From: an uncultured delta proteobacterium
Lineage (GTDB): Bacteria; Myxococcota_A; Polyangia; Fen-1088
Assembly (NCBI GenBank): GCA_963755125.1
Contig: CAVWIP010000018.1
Location: forward strand, 64,001 to 128,000
Direction of reading: 5' to 3'
DNA length: 64,000 nt
Part shown: piece after piece, positions 10,794-21,097 of the stretch
Numbering within the stretch: the stretch's first letter is position 1
Layout of the letters: each line of letters begins with the position of its first letter
The notes under the pieces: model-generated
What the model was told of the DNA's origin: nothing
Databases searched by the model: none
The model's input: only the letters and a program-made list of their open reading frames with translations
Made by a program: the position numbers and the translations under genes

Positions 10794-11784
10794 TGGCATG
10801 AAAATTTCGCGCGAGGCGCTCCAAACGGCGCTTTCCAAGCGGGGGGCGATCTTTGCGCCCAACGACGTTGGCCGCTGGACTGCGGTCGAGTCGTTGCCCG
10901 AACTGGGCCCCATCCGGCCGCGGCGACCGGTCAAGGACCTGTTCACCCCGCCCCGGCGCGAGATCGCGCGCTGGAAAGCCGGCGCGGGCCCCGCCGAAAT
11001 CGAGCCGGCCAAGCCCGACGAGACTCCGGGCAGCGTGTTCGGCGTGCGACCGTGCGACGCGCGCGCCCTGCTGTTGCTCGACCGCGCCTTCGTGCAAGCG
11101 CCCTATTTGGATCCCCACTACAAGGCCAGGCGGGACAATCTTCTGCTGATCGGCGTCGCGTGCCAGCCAGGCCCCAACTGCTATTGTGGCGTGTTCGGCT
11201 TCGGTCCCGACGACAAGGACGCGGTGGACCTCATGCTGACACCAAAGACTGACGGTTTCGTGGCCCAGGCCGGCAGTCCGCGCGGCCAGGCGTTCCTGGC
11301 CACCGTAGTGACGGTGGCCGTGCCCGTGCCAGCGCCGCGGCCCGGCCCGCGACCCGAGTGGTGGACCGGCCTGCCCGACCCGAAAACACTGTACGCGAAC
11401 TTCGACCACCCCATGTGGCGCGAGCTGGGCACCTCCTGCATGAACTGCGGCGTGTGTACGCAGTACTGTCCGACCTGCCAGTGTTTCACCATCGACGACG
11501 AGTCGTTCAAGGGCGAGATCCAGCGGCTGCGCATCGTGGACAACTGCCAGCGCTCGGATTTCACCCGCATGGCAGGCGGCCACAATCCGCGCCAGGTCGC
11601 GGCCAGTCGCCTGCGCCAGCGCGTGCTGCACAAGTTCTCATACATTCCCACGCAGAATCCCGGTCTGGTCGGCTGCACCGGGTGCGGCCGTTGCGTGGAG
11701 CTGTGCCCGCTCGACCGGCACCTGTTCGCCGACGTGTTCGAGATCATGAAGCGCATCAACCAGGAGGCCGAACGTGTTGCGTGA
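10786..11784 (+). CDS. flxB: FlxB/AsrA-like 4Fe-4S protein
   Basis: FGVRPCD, CMNCGVCTQYCPTCQCF, RLRQRVLHKF, GCTGCGRCVELCP. Confidence 0.8.
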   Translation: MADGMKISREALQTALSKRGAIFAPNDVGRWTAVESLPELGPIRPRRPVKDLFTPPRREIARWKAGAGPAEIEPAKPDETPGSVFGVRPCDARALLLLDRAFVQAPYLDPHYKARRDNLLLIGVACQPGPNCYCGVFGFGPDDKDAVDLMLTPKTDGFVAQAGSPRGQAFLATVVTVAVPVPAPRPGPRPEWWTGLPDPKTLYANFDHPMWRELGTSCMNCGVCTQYCPTCQCFTIDDESFKGEIQRLRIVDNCQRSDFTRMAGGHNPRQVAASRLRQRVLHKFSYIPTQNPGLVGCTGCGRCVELCPLDRHLFADVFEIMKRINQEAERVA

Positions 11785-12604
11785 TCCCTTGCTGCCGCTG
11801 CCCGCGCGCATCAGCGAGCGCATCGACGAGACCGCGGACACGGTCACCTTCCATTTCGAGCTGCTCGACGAGACCGAGCGCAATGCCTTCCGCTATCTGC
11901 CCGGCCAGTTCGGCGAGATCTCGGCCTTTGGCGAGGGCGAATCCACCTTCGTCATCGCCGGCGATCCGGCCCGACCCGAGCGGCTGACCGTCACCACCAA
12001 GCGGGTGGGCGCCCACACCGAGGCCCTGCACCACCTGTACGCAGGCGCCATCATCGGGTTCCGCGGCCCCTACGGCAAAGCCTTCCCAGTCGCTGAGTGG
12101 AAGGGCAAGGACATCGTCATCGCGGGCGGCGGCATCGGCCTGGCGCCGCTCAAGCCCATCATCTGCCATGTGCTCAATCAGCGCGCTGACTACGGGAGGC
12201 TGACCATCGTATACGGCGCGCGCAGCCCGGGCGATCTGATGTACGCGGCGGATCGCGAGATCTGGGCCAAAGCGTTCAACACGGAATTGGTGGTGACCGT
12301 CGACAAGGGCGACGCCAACTGGAAAGGGCGCGAGGGCTTCGTGCCCGCCGTGCTGCGCGCGACTGCGCCCAAAGCCGACAACGCCGTGGCCATCACCTGC
12401 GGCCCGCCCATCATGATCAAGTTGACCCTGCCGGTGTTCAAAGAACTGGGATTCCCCGCCGAGCGCATCTTCACCACCCTGGAAATGAAGATGAAGTGCG
12501 GCCTGGGCCAGTGCGGCCGCTGCAACATCGGCCCCTTCTACGTGTGCAAGGACGGGCCGGTCTTCTCCGTCGCGCAGCTACAGCAACTGCCTCAAGAGTT
12601 CTAA
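11774..12604 (+). CDS. flxA: FlxA/AsrB-like FAD/NAD(P)H-binding [2Fe-2S] subunit
   Basis: PGQF, RGPYG, GGGIGLAP, CGPPIM, MKCGLGQCGRC…CKDGPVF. Confidence 0.85.
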   Translation: MLRDPLLPLPARISERIDETADTVTFHFELLDETERNAFRYLPGQFGEISAFGEGESTFVIAGDPARPERLTVTTKRVGAHTEALHHLYAGAIIGFRGPYGKAFPVAEWKGKDIVIAGGGIGLAPLKPIICHVLNQRADYGRLTIVYGARSPGDLMYAADREIWAKAFNTELVVTVDKGDANWKGREGFVPAVLRATAPKADNAVAITCGPPIMIKLTLPVFKELGFPAERIFTTLEMKMKCGLGQCGRCNIGPFYVCKDGPVFSVAQLQQLPQEF

Positions 12605-12847
12605 GGCACCAAACTGAGGGTGAACTGGTTCGCGTCGTCGGTCATGAACTGATCGAGATTTCGGGACCATGAGCACAAGTCGTGAGCCACAACCAAGCGT
12701 GGCGCGTCGTTGCTCTGATGTGGCAGCGCCCACCTGCAAGGAAGCCGTCGGAATTTTCGCGGCCGCGTGTATCATGCGTGGCACGGGCCCAAAATCGCAC
12801 TCTCGCCTTTGTCCAGACTTCGGGCAGCCACCACAAAAGGAACTCAC

Positions 12848-14179
12848 ATGGCCGGACCAACACTTGCCTCAGCGTCGCCCCAGGTTGCTGCCACCAATGG
12901 CAAGCCGCGCAGCTATCTCGGCGCCCTCGCGGTGCTCTCCACGCTGTTCTTCATGTGGGGTTTCATCACCTGCCTGAACGACATCATCATTCCCCACCTG
13001 AAGGCGGTGTTCGACCTGAACTACGCGCAGGCGATGATGATCCAGTTCGCCTTCTTCACCGCCTACTTCGTCGTGTCCCTGCCCTCGGGCCAGATCGTCC
13101 ACCGGGTCGGCTACAAGCGGGGCATCATCATCGGCCTGGTGGTCGTGGGGCTCGGTTGCCTGGCCTTTTACCCGGCGGCCGAGATCCGCTCGTACGCGAT
13201 CTTCCTGCTGGCCCTGTTCATCCTGGCTTCCGGCATCACCCTGCTGCAAGTGGCAGCCAACCCGTTCGTTGCCATTCTGGGCAAGCCCGAAACCGCTTCC
13301 GCGCGCTTGACCCTGACCCAGGCCCTCAACTCGCTGGGCACCACCCTGGCGCCGTTCTTTGGTTCCGCCTTCATCCTCGCGATGCCCTCCAAGTCGGCCG
13401 ACGAACTGAAGGCCATGGTCCCCGCTGCCCGCGAGGCCTACCGAGTGGCCGAGGCCGCTTCGGTGCAGAAACCCTACGTGGGACTGGCTCTCACGCTCTT
13501 CGTTCTGGCGGTTGCCATCGCCTTCTCGAAACTTCCCAAGATTGGCGACCGCGAGGAAACCGCGTCCCAGGCTGGCGGCTCCGACGGCCCCAAGAGCGCC
13601 TTTGCATATCGGCACCTCATGTTCGGTGCGGTGGCCATCTTCGTCTACGTCGGCGGCGAGGTGGCCATCGGAAGTTTCCTGGTCAACTACTTGAAGGAAC
13701 CCGCCATCGCCGGGCTGCCCGAAAAAGTGGGTGCGACCTACCTGCCCTACTACTGGGGAGGCGCCATGGTGGGCCGGTTCCTTGGCACGCCGCTTTTGCG
13801 ATACTTCAAGCCGGGCCGCATCCTCGCCCTGTTCGCCTGTGTCGCAGCCCTGCTGGTGGTCACAACCATGGCCACCTCGGGATCGGCAGCCATGTGGTCC
13901 GTGCTGGCGATCGGGCTCTTCAATTCAATCATGTTCCCGACCATTTTCACCCTGGCCATTGCCGGCCTGGGCAAGCACACCAGTCAGGGCTCCGGCATCC
14001 TGTGCATGGCCATCGTGGGCGGCGCGCTTGTCCCTGTGATCCAAGGTGCCATTGCCGACCGGATCGGCATCCACCACTGCTTCATCATCCCCGCGCTCTG
14101 CTACCTGTACATCGTCTGGTACGGCTGGAAGGGACACGTTCCTCGTCGGGGCCAGGGCACGGCAGCAGCGTCGGCGTAA
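12848..14179 (+). CDS. FucP/GluP family sugar:H+ symporter (MFS)
   Basis: [31 protein letters not shown]; many hydrophobic segments; AAAGGA SD. Confidence 0.9.
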   Translation: MAGPTLASASPQVAATNGKPRSYLGALAVLSTLFFMWGFITCLNDIIIPHLKAVFDLNYAQAMMIQFAFFTAYFVVSLPSGQIVHRVGYKRGIIIGLVVVGLGCLAFYPAAEIRSYAIFLLALFILASGITLLQVAANPFVAILGKPETASARLTLTQALNSLGTTLAPFFGSAFILAMPSKSADELKAMVPAAREAYRVAEAASVQKPYVGLALTLFVLAVAIAFSKLPKIGDREETASQAGGSDGPKSAFAYRHLMFGAVAIFVYVGGEVAIGSFLVNYLKEPAIAGLPEKVGATYLPYYWGGAMVGRFLGTPLLRYFKPGRILALFACVAALLVVTTMATSGSAAMWSVLAIGLFNSIMFPTIFTLAIAGLGKHTSQGSGILCMAIVGGALVPVIQGAIADRIGIHHCFIIPALCYLYIVWYGWKGHVPRRGQGTAAASA

Positions 14180-14189
14180 GCGGGGGCAT

Positions 14190-14749
14190 TGAAAAGAGCG
14201 GATGCTTGGCACGGGCGGGCTTATGCCGGAATCTCCCCCCGGCCGCCCGCCTACGCGCCGAACTCGCTTTTGTTCAGAAACTTAACGAAAACGACATGAT
14301 CGCCAGGTGGCCGACAAGATGGGAGCCATTCGGTGGTTTGTCACTGAGGGCCTATCCATGGGATTCAAGGAGTGGCGTGAAGGTCTACTACCGCGGTCTC
14401 GCAGAGAGATTCTCCAAGACAGCTGGGAAGATCTCTTGCGCTTCTTGCTGACCTGATGCCTATGCAAGCGCCTCAGAACAGAAGCAAGCTCGACGCGTAG
14501 GCGGGCGGCCGGGAGCGACTCCGAGGCGGCGTTAGCGAGCGCACCGAGCGTCTGCGCTCGGTTGCAAGCGAGCGTCAAGGGCCCATGGCGGCCAGCGCAG
14601 CTGGGCGCCGAGGGACCCGTCTGCCGAGCGCGCCATGGACGCGCGCTTCGCGCGGCCGTTGGCGTGCGGCCGCCGAGGAGCACTCCCGGCATCAGCCCGC
14701 CAGCGCCGAGCGCCCGCCAGCGCCAATGGCATCCGAGGTTCTCGTCCAG
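14190..14749. repeat. Composite palindromic element: two related hairpin units in inverted orientation around ~195 bp
   Basis: 14236-14278 versus the reverse complement of 14473-14515 matches at 37/43 positions; outer arms (14190-14230 and ~14683-14749) are also related. Confidence 0.75.
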
Positions 14750-14864
14750 CTTGAAATACGGGAAAGCAGATCCTCGCGTGTCATGATCCTCAGTGCAAGG
14801 CTAGCACCGACGTCATCCCCTGTCACACGCGATGCTCGCGGACTTCGCCAGCACGGGGCGGTTA

Positions 14865-15476
14865 TCAGAAGCTGGAGAGATACGGCAGCTTCTTGGCCAA
14901 CGCCAGGATGGCGTCGCGATTGGCCAGCAACTCGCCGGTGGTGTCCCAGCGGCCGTCGAGGAATTGCTGGCGCACGCCCTCGGGAATGCGCACTGGAACG
15001 CGCAGCGCACCGACGCTGACGACTTTGTCCTTCAAGTCGACGGTGACGGCCACCGTCGGATCCGCTGTGACCGCCTTCTGCAATACCTCGACGGAAACCG
15101 CCTCCACCATCACGCAGGGCATGCCCAGCGAGACGCAGTTGCCGAAGAAGATCTCGGCAAAACTCTCGCCCACGACGGCGCGGATGCCCTTGTGCCAGCG
15201 GTTCAGCGCCTGCGGTGCGTGCTCGCGCGACGAGCCGCAGCCAAAGTTCTTGTTGACCAGCAACACGGTAGCGTCGCGAAATTTCGCATCGTCGAACGGG
15301 TGCACGCGGCCCTGTTGCTTGAGCTGGGCCCGGTCGTCCTCGAAGGCGTGGTCGCCCAACCCCTCGAAGGTGACCGTGCGCAGGTAGCGCGCGGGAATGA
15401 TGCGATCGGTGTCGATGTCGTTGCCGTGCAGAACGATGCCCTGTCCCTTGATCACGATGCGCTTCGAGTCGTCCAT
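14865..15476 (-). CDS. leuD: 3-isopropylmalate dehydratase small subunit
   Basis: DIDTDRIIPARYL, NFGCGSSREHA, SFAEIF. Confidence 0.93.
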   Translation of the reverse strand: MDDSKRIVIKGQGIVLHGNDIDTDRIIPARYLRTVTFEGLGDHAFEDDRAQLKQQGRVHPFDDAKFRDATVLLVNKNFGCGSSREHAPQALNRWHKGIRAVVGESFAEIFFGNCVSLGMPCVMVEAVSVEVLQKAVTADPTVAVTVDLKDKVVSVGALRVPVRIPEGVRQQFLDGRWDTTGELLANRDAILALAKKLPYLSSF

Positions 15477-15493
15477 GACAGATCTCCTCGCAC

Positions 15494-16912
15494 TTAGCTG
15501 TGGATACCGAACACCTGGCGCGCGTCCGCCACTTCACCAGCGATGGCCGCCGCGGCCACCATGATGGGGCTCATGAGCAGGGTGCGCCCGCTGGGGCTGC
15601 CCTGCCGGCCCTTGAAATTGCGATTCGATGACGAGGCGCTGAGCTCGTTTCCCTTCAGCTTGTCGGGGTTCATGGCCAGGCACATCGAACAACCGGCCTC
15701 GCGAAATTGGAAGCCCGCGGCGGTGAAGATCTTGTCCCAGCCGCGCGCCACCAGCTCGCGCTTGACCTGCATCGACCCAGGAACCACCAGGGCCTGCACG
15801 TGCGGCGCCACCTTGTAGCGCCCCGCCTTCAGCACCTCGACCACCGCCTCGAAGTCGGATCGGCGCCCGTTGGTGCACGAGCCGATGAAGGCCACGTCGA
15901 TCTTCTGGCCCTTGATGGGCTGGCCCGGTTTCATGGCCATGTACTTGTAGGCTTCCTCGGCGCTCTCGCGCTCGTCGGCGGGGAATGCCTCGGGCGCAGG
16001 GATGGTCCCGTTCACCGCGACCGACTGGCCCGGCGTGATGCCCCAGGTGACCATGGGCTCGATGTCCTCCGCCCGATATTTCACCACGTCGTCGTAGCGG
16101 GCATCGGCGTCGCTCCTCACGCTGTCCCAGTAGGCGCGCGCACGGTCCCAGGTTTCGACCTTGGGCGCGTAGGTGCGGCCCTTGAGATAATCGTAGGTGA
16201 CCGCGTCGGGGTTTATGTAGCCGCAACGGGCGCCGCCCTCGATGCTCATGTTACAGACGGTCATGCGCTCGTCCATGGTCATGCCGGTGATGGTGTCGCC
16301 GGCGTATTCATAGGCGAAGCCCACCCCGCCGTTCACTCCCAGCTTGTTGATGATGAAGAGGATGACGTCCTTGGCCGTCACGCCCGGGCCCAACTTGCCG
16401 CTCACCTCGATGCGTCTGACCTTGAGCTTGTCCATGGACAGGGTCTGCGTGGCCAGCACGTCGCGTACTTGGGACGTGCCGATGCCGAAAGCGATGGCGC
16501 CGAACGCGCCGTGAGTGGCGGTGTGGGAATCGCCACAGCAGATGGTCATGCCGGGTTGGGTGAGCCCATTCTCCGGTCCCACCACGTGCACGATGCCCTG
16601 CTCGCCGTTCTCGGGCGCGAAGTAGCGGATGCCGTGCTTCTTCACGCTGGCTTCCAGGGCACGCAGCATGTCCTCGGCCAGCGAATCCTGGTAGGGACGC
16701 AACTGGCTGTTGGTGGGGATGATGTGATCCACCGTGGCAAAGGTGCGCTCGGGGAACAGCACCTTCAGTCTTCGCTCCTCGAGCATGCTGAAGGCCTGCG
16801 GCGAGGTCACCTCGTGGATCAAGTGCAGCCCCATGAAGAGCTGAACCTGCCCCGACGGCAAGCGGCCCACCGTGTGGCTGTCGAAGACTTTTTCGTACAG
16901 TGTCTTTCCCAT
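15494..16912 (-). CDS. leuC: 3-isopropylmalate dehydratase large subunit
   Basis: [44 protein letters not shown]; start MGKTLYEK at 16912. Confidence 0.95.
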   Translation of the reverse strand: MGKTLYEKVFDSHTVGRLPSGQVQLFMGLHLIHEVTSPQAFSMLEERRLKVLFPERTFATVDHIIPTNSQLRPYQDSLAEDMLRALEASVKKHGIRYFAPENGEQGIVHVVGPENGLTQPGMTICCGDSHTATHGAFGAIAFGIGTSQVRDVLATQTLSMDKLKVRRIEVSGKLGPGVTAKDVILFIINKLGVNGGVGFAYEYAGDTITGMTMDERMTVCNMSIEGGARCGYINPDAVTYDYLKGRTYAPKVETWDRARAYWDSVRSDADARYDDVVKYRAEDIEPMVTWGITPGQSVAVNGTIPAPEAFPADERESAEEAYKYMAMKPGQPIKGQKIDVAFIGSCTNGRRSDFEAVVEVLKAGRYKVAPHVQALVVPGSMQVKRELVARGWDKIFTAAGFQFREAGCSMCLAMNPDKLKGNELSASSSNRNFKGRQGSPSGRTLLMSPIMVAAAAIAGEVADARQVFGIHS

Positions 16913-16917
16913 TTTCT

Positions 16918-17379
16918 TTACGTCCCTTCTTTGATCGATTCCGCGTAGTGCGTAAGACGCTGGGCCAGGCGGGTTCCGAAGTGGGTGAAGGCGTCCAGCC
17001 TGACGCTGTCGAGCCCGCTCCACACCGCGCGGATGGCGGCTTCCCGCTCCCGGCGCAAGCCCTCGATGCAGCGCCTTCCCTTGGCGGTCAGCTCGTAGCG
17101 GCGCTGCCGGCCGTCGCGTGCAGTAAGGCGTACCGAGACCAGATCCTTGTGCAAGAGCTGGCGCAGGATCTTGGAAACCGCGGCGGCGGAGCTTTCGCGC
17201 TGGCGGGCGAACAGGCTGGGCATGAAGTGCTCGCTGGAGATCTCCTCCAGCACGGCCCACTGCTGGTCGCTGAGATCCACCGAGCGGGCGAGCTGCTGGC
17301 GCCGCTCGGCAAACAGATCGGTGAGGCGCTGCAAGCAGGCGATGGCCGCATGAACGCGTGACGCCTGCTTGGTTGACAT
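16918..17379 (-). CDS. MarR family transcriptional regulator
   Basis: LSDQQWAVL…AVSKILRQL…[13 protein letters not shown] winged helix. Confidence 0.85.
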   Translation of the reverse strand: MSTKQASRVHAAIACLQRLTDLFAERRQQLARSVDLSDQQWAVLEEISSEHFMPSLFARQRESSAAAVSKILRQLLHKDLVSVRLTARDGRQRRYELTAKGRRCIEGLRREREAAIRAVWSGLDSVRLDAFTHFGTRLAQRLTHYAESIKEGT

Positions 17380-17385
17380 TGGTAT

Positions 17386-17414
17386 ATAGTAAACCATGGT
17401 TAACTAAAGCGCAA
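17386..17414 (-). promoter_or_regulatory. Sigma70-like promoter of marR-leuCD overlapped by a palindromic operator
   Basis: Minus strand TTGCGC-17nt-TACTAT-6nt-ATG; TAGTAAACCATGGTTAACTA (17387-17406) is an 18/20 palindrome. Confidence 0.7.
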
Positions 17415-17476
17415 GGGCTTTTTTCTTGCTCCACTATCTCCTGTGCCTCTGGTCGAGGCTGTGGTGGAATCCGGGC

Positions 17477-18475
17477 ATGAGCAAGAAGGTTCTGTTCATC
17501 GGTGGCTCGGGCAACATCTCGACCGCGTGCTCGCGCCTGGCCGCGGAGCTCGACATCGATCTGGTGCATTTCAACCGGGGCCAGCGTCGGATCGATCTGC
17601 CGTCGCGCGTGCGCACCATCCACGGCGACATCAACGACCGCCGCGCCATGGCCCAGGCCCTGGCTTCCGAGACCTTCGACGTGGTGGTCAACTGGATGGT
17701 ATTCGACCCGGCGCAGGCGGCTGCCGACGTGGAGATGTTCGCCGGCAAGGTCAAGCAGTACGTGTTCATCAGCACAGCCACCGTGTACCAAAAACCGCCG
17801 CGGTACTACCTGGTCACCGAGGAAACGCCGCTGGGAAACCCATTCTGGGAATACTCGCAGAAGAAGATCGCCACCGAACAGTTCCTCATGGACCAGCACC
17901 AGCGCCACGGATTTCCGGTGACCATCGTGCGGCCTTCGTTCACATACGGTGACACCTGGATTCCCACGGCTTTCGGTGTCGACTTCACTTCAGTGTACCG
18001 CATGCGCAAGGGGCTGCCCCTTCCGCTTCACGGCGATGGCACGTCGCTATGGGTGATGACCCATGCCAGCGACTTTGCCAAAGGGTTGCTCGGTCTGCTG
18101 GGCCGGCGCGACGCCGTGGGCGAGGCCTTTCACATCACCTCCGACGAGGTCACGTCCTGGAATCAGGTCTATGAATGCATCGCCGCCGCGGCCGGCGCCC
18201 AGGCGAAACTGGTCCACATCCCATCGGACTTCATCGCCAAGGTGGATCCTGCCATCGGCGCCGGGCTGCTGGGCGACAAGGCGCACTCGCTGGTTTTCGA
18301 CAATTCCAAGATCAAGCGCTTCGTGCCCGAATTCCGCTGCACCGTCTCGCTGGCCGATGGTATGGGCCACACCGTGGCTTGGCTCGACGCCCATCCCGAA
18401 GAGCAGCGACTGGACAGCAACGCCGTGGTCGAGAAGATCCTCGCGGCCTGGGGTTCATCTCATGCGACTCCGTGA
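17477..18475 (+). CDS. NAD-dependent epimerase/dehydratase (extended SDR)
   Basis: [20 protein letters not shown] (YxxxK), RPSFTYG. Confidence 0.88.
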   Translation: MSKKVLFIGGSGNISTACSRLAAELDIDLVHFNRGQRRIDLPSRVRTIHGDINDRRAMAQALASETFDVVVNWMVFDPAQAAADVEMFAGKVKQYVFISTATVYQKPPRYYLVTEETPLGNPFWEYSQKKIATEQFLMDQHQRHGFPVTIVRPSFTYGDTWIPTAFGVDFTSVYRMRKGLPLPLHGDGTSLWVMTHASDFAKGLLGLLGRRDAVGEAFHITSDEVTSWNQVYECIAAAAGAQAKLVHIPSDFIAKVDPAIGAGLLGDKAHSLVFDNSKIKRFVPEFRCTVSLADGMGHTVAWLDAHPEEQRLDSNAVVEKILAAWGSSHATP

Positions 18476-18529
18476 ACTCGTCCCCTGGCCGCAAGACAGC
18501 TCGCGACGTTCGCGAACGCCGACGCCGGC

Positions 18530-19297
18530 CTAACCGCGGTGCGGATCCGGACGTCCCTTTGCCCGGCTGCCCAGCCGACCGCCGATCCCGAAACGCGCGA
18601 TGCTGAACAGCGCCCGCACGCCGTCCTTCCAGGTGATCTTCTTGCCCTCGGCATAGGTCCTGCCGAAGTAGCTGACCGGCACTTCGTAGACACGCCAACC
18701 GCCCAGCGCCACCTTGGCCGTCACCTCGGGTTCAAAACCGAACCCGGCGGACTCCAGGTCGAAGCTCTGGATGACCTCGCGCCGGAAGGCCTTGTAGCCG
18801 GTTTCTATGTCGGTCAGGTTCAGACCGGTGGTCATGTTGGAGAGCAAGGTGATCAGCCGGTTGCCGACGTAGTGGTAGAAGAACAGGACGCGGTGCGGGC
18901 CGCCGAGAAAGCGCGAGCCGAAGACCGCGTCGGCGTGCCCTTGCAGGATGGGATCGATGAGACTCGGATAGTCGGCCGGGTCGTATTCCAGATCCGCGTC
19001 CTGCACCAGCACGATGTCTCCCCGCGCGAGCTTGAAACCCGTGGCAAGCGCAGCACACTTGCCGCGGTTCTGCTCGTGAAAGGCCAGGCGGAGGTCAGGG
19101 GCTTCGGCCAGGGCACGCAACAGTTCGCGCGTCCCATCCGAGCTGCCGTCGTCGACCACCACCATCTCCTTGGCGATGGGCAACGGCTGCTTGCGGACCT
19201 TGTCGATGATCGCCTCGATGGTCGCCCGCTCGTTGAAGCAGGGGATCACCACCGAGAGCAGTGCGGGAGAAAGTCGGATCGGGTCTTGCGCCGTCAT
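18530..19297 (-). CDS. GT2 polyprenol-phosphate glycosyltransferase (DPM1-like)
   Basis: SVVIPCFNE, VDDGSSDG, QDADLEYDP, FGSRF, TDIETGYKAF, EGKKITWKDG. Confidence 0.9.
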   Translation of the reverse strand: MTAQDPIRLSPALLSVVIPCFNERATIEAIIDKVRKQPLPIAKEMVVVDDGSSDGTRELLRALAEAPDLRLAFHEQNRGKCAALATGFKLARGDIVLVQDADLEYDPADYPSLIDPILQGHADAVFGSRFLGGPHRVLFFYHYVGNRLITLLSNMTTGLNLTDIETGYKAFRREVIQSFDLESAGFGFEPEVTAKVALGGWRVYEVPVSYFGRTYAEGKKITWKDGVRALFSIARFGIGGRLGSRAKGRPDPHRG

Positions 19298-19380
19298 GCT
19301 GCCACCTGGTTCCAGGTTAGGCTGAAACCAGGGACCATCGCAAGAGAACGACCGACGGAGACAGGCGGACTCTCCCGGTT

Positions 19381-20889
19381 TCAGGTGGGGCCGCGGTCAC
19401 GAGCTGCGATCCGACACAGCTTGACGGCGCGCCAGCCGATCAGCAAGCAGGCGGCAAGCGCAGCCAGTTGCACAACCGCTGCGGGCCAGCATCGGCAGAC
19501 CGACGGCGCCAGGTCGAGCGGGAACTCCCGATGGAGCAGGCTTCGCGCGTGGGCCAGCACGGGGGAATACGCCGGATGCCACAGCAGACGGTCGAAGCTT
19601 TCGGCCGTGGCCTCCATCTTCCCTTCGTAGGGAACGTAAGGAACCAGAACGCTGACCACCTGAACAAGAAGACTGACCAGCGCCAGCAGAGCAAGGCCCA
19701 GACCCTCCGCGCGGGTCACGCCCTGGTGCAGTCGCAGGGCGAGGCCCACCAGGAGAAAAGGAAGCACGACCACGAGAAAGCGCGGTCCCCAGGTTCCGCC
19801 GCCCCACCACATGTACCAGCGAGCATGAAACACCAGTTGGGCGAGCGCCATGGCAGCCAGGAGCACGAAGACAGCGAGCTGCGTCCGTCGCAGGACCCGC
19901 CAGCCCTTGATGCACGCCAACAGGATCGGTGCATAGAGAAAAATGCTCTTGCCTGGGCTGAGCAGGAGGCCGAAGAGACCCACGTGCAGCGGCGTGGAAA
20001 AGCCCCCGTACAGCTCGCCGCCGTAGCCCGTCTCGCCGGAAGCGGCGAAGCGCACGTAGTCGTAGAGAAACATGCCGGCGAGTGCCGCCGCCACCGGCAG
20101 TCCCCAGGAGGCGGCCCTGACCAGCAGGGGCTTCCAGCGCGGCTCGGCCCGCCACCAGGCCCAGATCAACCAGACACCCAAAGGCAGCACAGCCACCACA
20201 TTGGCAGCGCGGATCAGCACCGCCGCGCCCGCTGCCGCGCCCGAGATCACCAGCCAGCGACGCAGGCCCGTCTGACCCGCGATCACTTGCGCGCCAGCGG
20301 AAAAACCCAGGGATCGTAGCGAGGCATAGACCGCCAGCAACAGCGCCAGCATGCTCGCCGGCTCGCTCATGAAGCTGCGGGCGTAGTGCCAGGCAAACGT
20401 CCCTGCCCCGAGTGCCAGGGCCGCCGCCAGTGACGGCATCTCAGCACAGCCGAGCAGACGACAGGTCAAGAAGAGCAAAGCCACCGTCGCTGCGGTGCAA
20501 AGAACTCCCAGCAGCGAGACGACGTAGATCGGAATGCTGGCGCGGACCAGCCCCTCGTCGCCCCGGACCACGGGCTTGATCGGCGAAAGCCGTTCCAGGG
20601 TACGGCCGACCAAGTAGAGGGGAATCGCCAGGGCCGACTGCCCGACGCCGTACTTGCTGTACCAGCGACCGTCGGCCCCCGGCGCGGCGCCCGGGCAGAT
20701 GTCCGGCACCGAGGTATTGCCGTGCTCGACCATGGACTGGGTGACCAGGAACATGGACACATCGTCGCCATGTTCGAGCAGGCCCTTGGCCGACGCCAGG
20801 TAGAAGCAAGAAAAGAACGCGAACAGCAGCCAGGCCAGCCGCCGGTCGAAGCCGCCGTATTTTCGTTCTGACCTGTCCGCGGCTGCCAT
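19381..20889 (-). CDS. Polytopic membrane protein, probable GT-C fold glycosyltransferase
   Basis: GDD after the first TM, YSKYGVGQS, SEP, WGPRFL; many TM segments. Confidence 0.65.
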   Translation of the reverse strand: MAAADRSERKYGGFDRRLAWLLFAFFSCFYLASAKGLLEHGDDVSMFLVTQSMVEHGNTSVPDICPGAAPGADGRWYSKYGVGQSALAIPLYLVGRTLERLSPIKPVVRGDEGLVRASIPIYVVSLLGVLCTAATVALLFLTCRLLGCAEMPSLAAALALGAGTFAWHYARSFMSEPASMLALLLAVYASLRSLGFSAGAQVIAGQTGLRRWLVISGAAAGAAVLIRAANVVAVLPLGVWLIWAWWRAEPRWKPLLVRAASWGLPVAAALAGMFLYDYVRFAASGETGYGGELYGGFSTPLHVGLFGLLLSPGKSIFLYAPILLACIKGWRVLRRTQLAVFVLLAAMALAQLVFHARWYMWWGGGTWGPRFLVVVLPFLLVGLALRLHQGVTRAEGLGLALLALVSLLVQVVSVLVPYVPYEGKMEATAESFDRLLWHPAYSPVLAHARSLLHREFPLDLAPSVCRCWPAAVVQLAALAACLLIGWRAVKLCRIAARDRGPT

Positions 20890-21097
20890 CGACGTTCACC
20901 TGGGTAGCAGGAGCTGGGCCGGCGAGTCAGCGGCCGCGGGCAGCGGCGCCGATAGCGCGAAGATGATGTGCATGGGCCCGAGAAGCTCTCGGCGGCCGGA
21001 GCGGCGCCATCGCATCGGGACATGATGCGCCGACGGACGGCGCCCTGTCCAGGCTGCCGGCTTCGCAATTGCGCGGCGTCGGAATCCCGGGCTATGA

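Noticed and set aside
16913..17908. N-terminal extension making LeuC 804 aa
   Set aside because: It overlaps marR and the antisense SDR gene; the canonical MGKTLYEK start with an SD is at 16912
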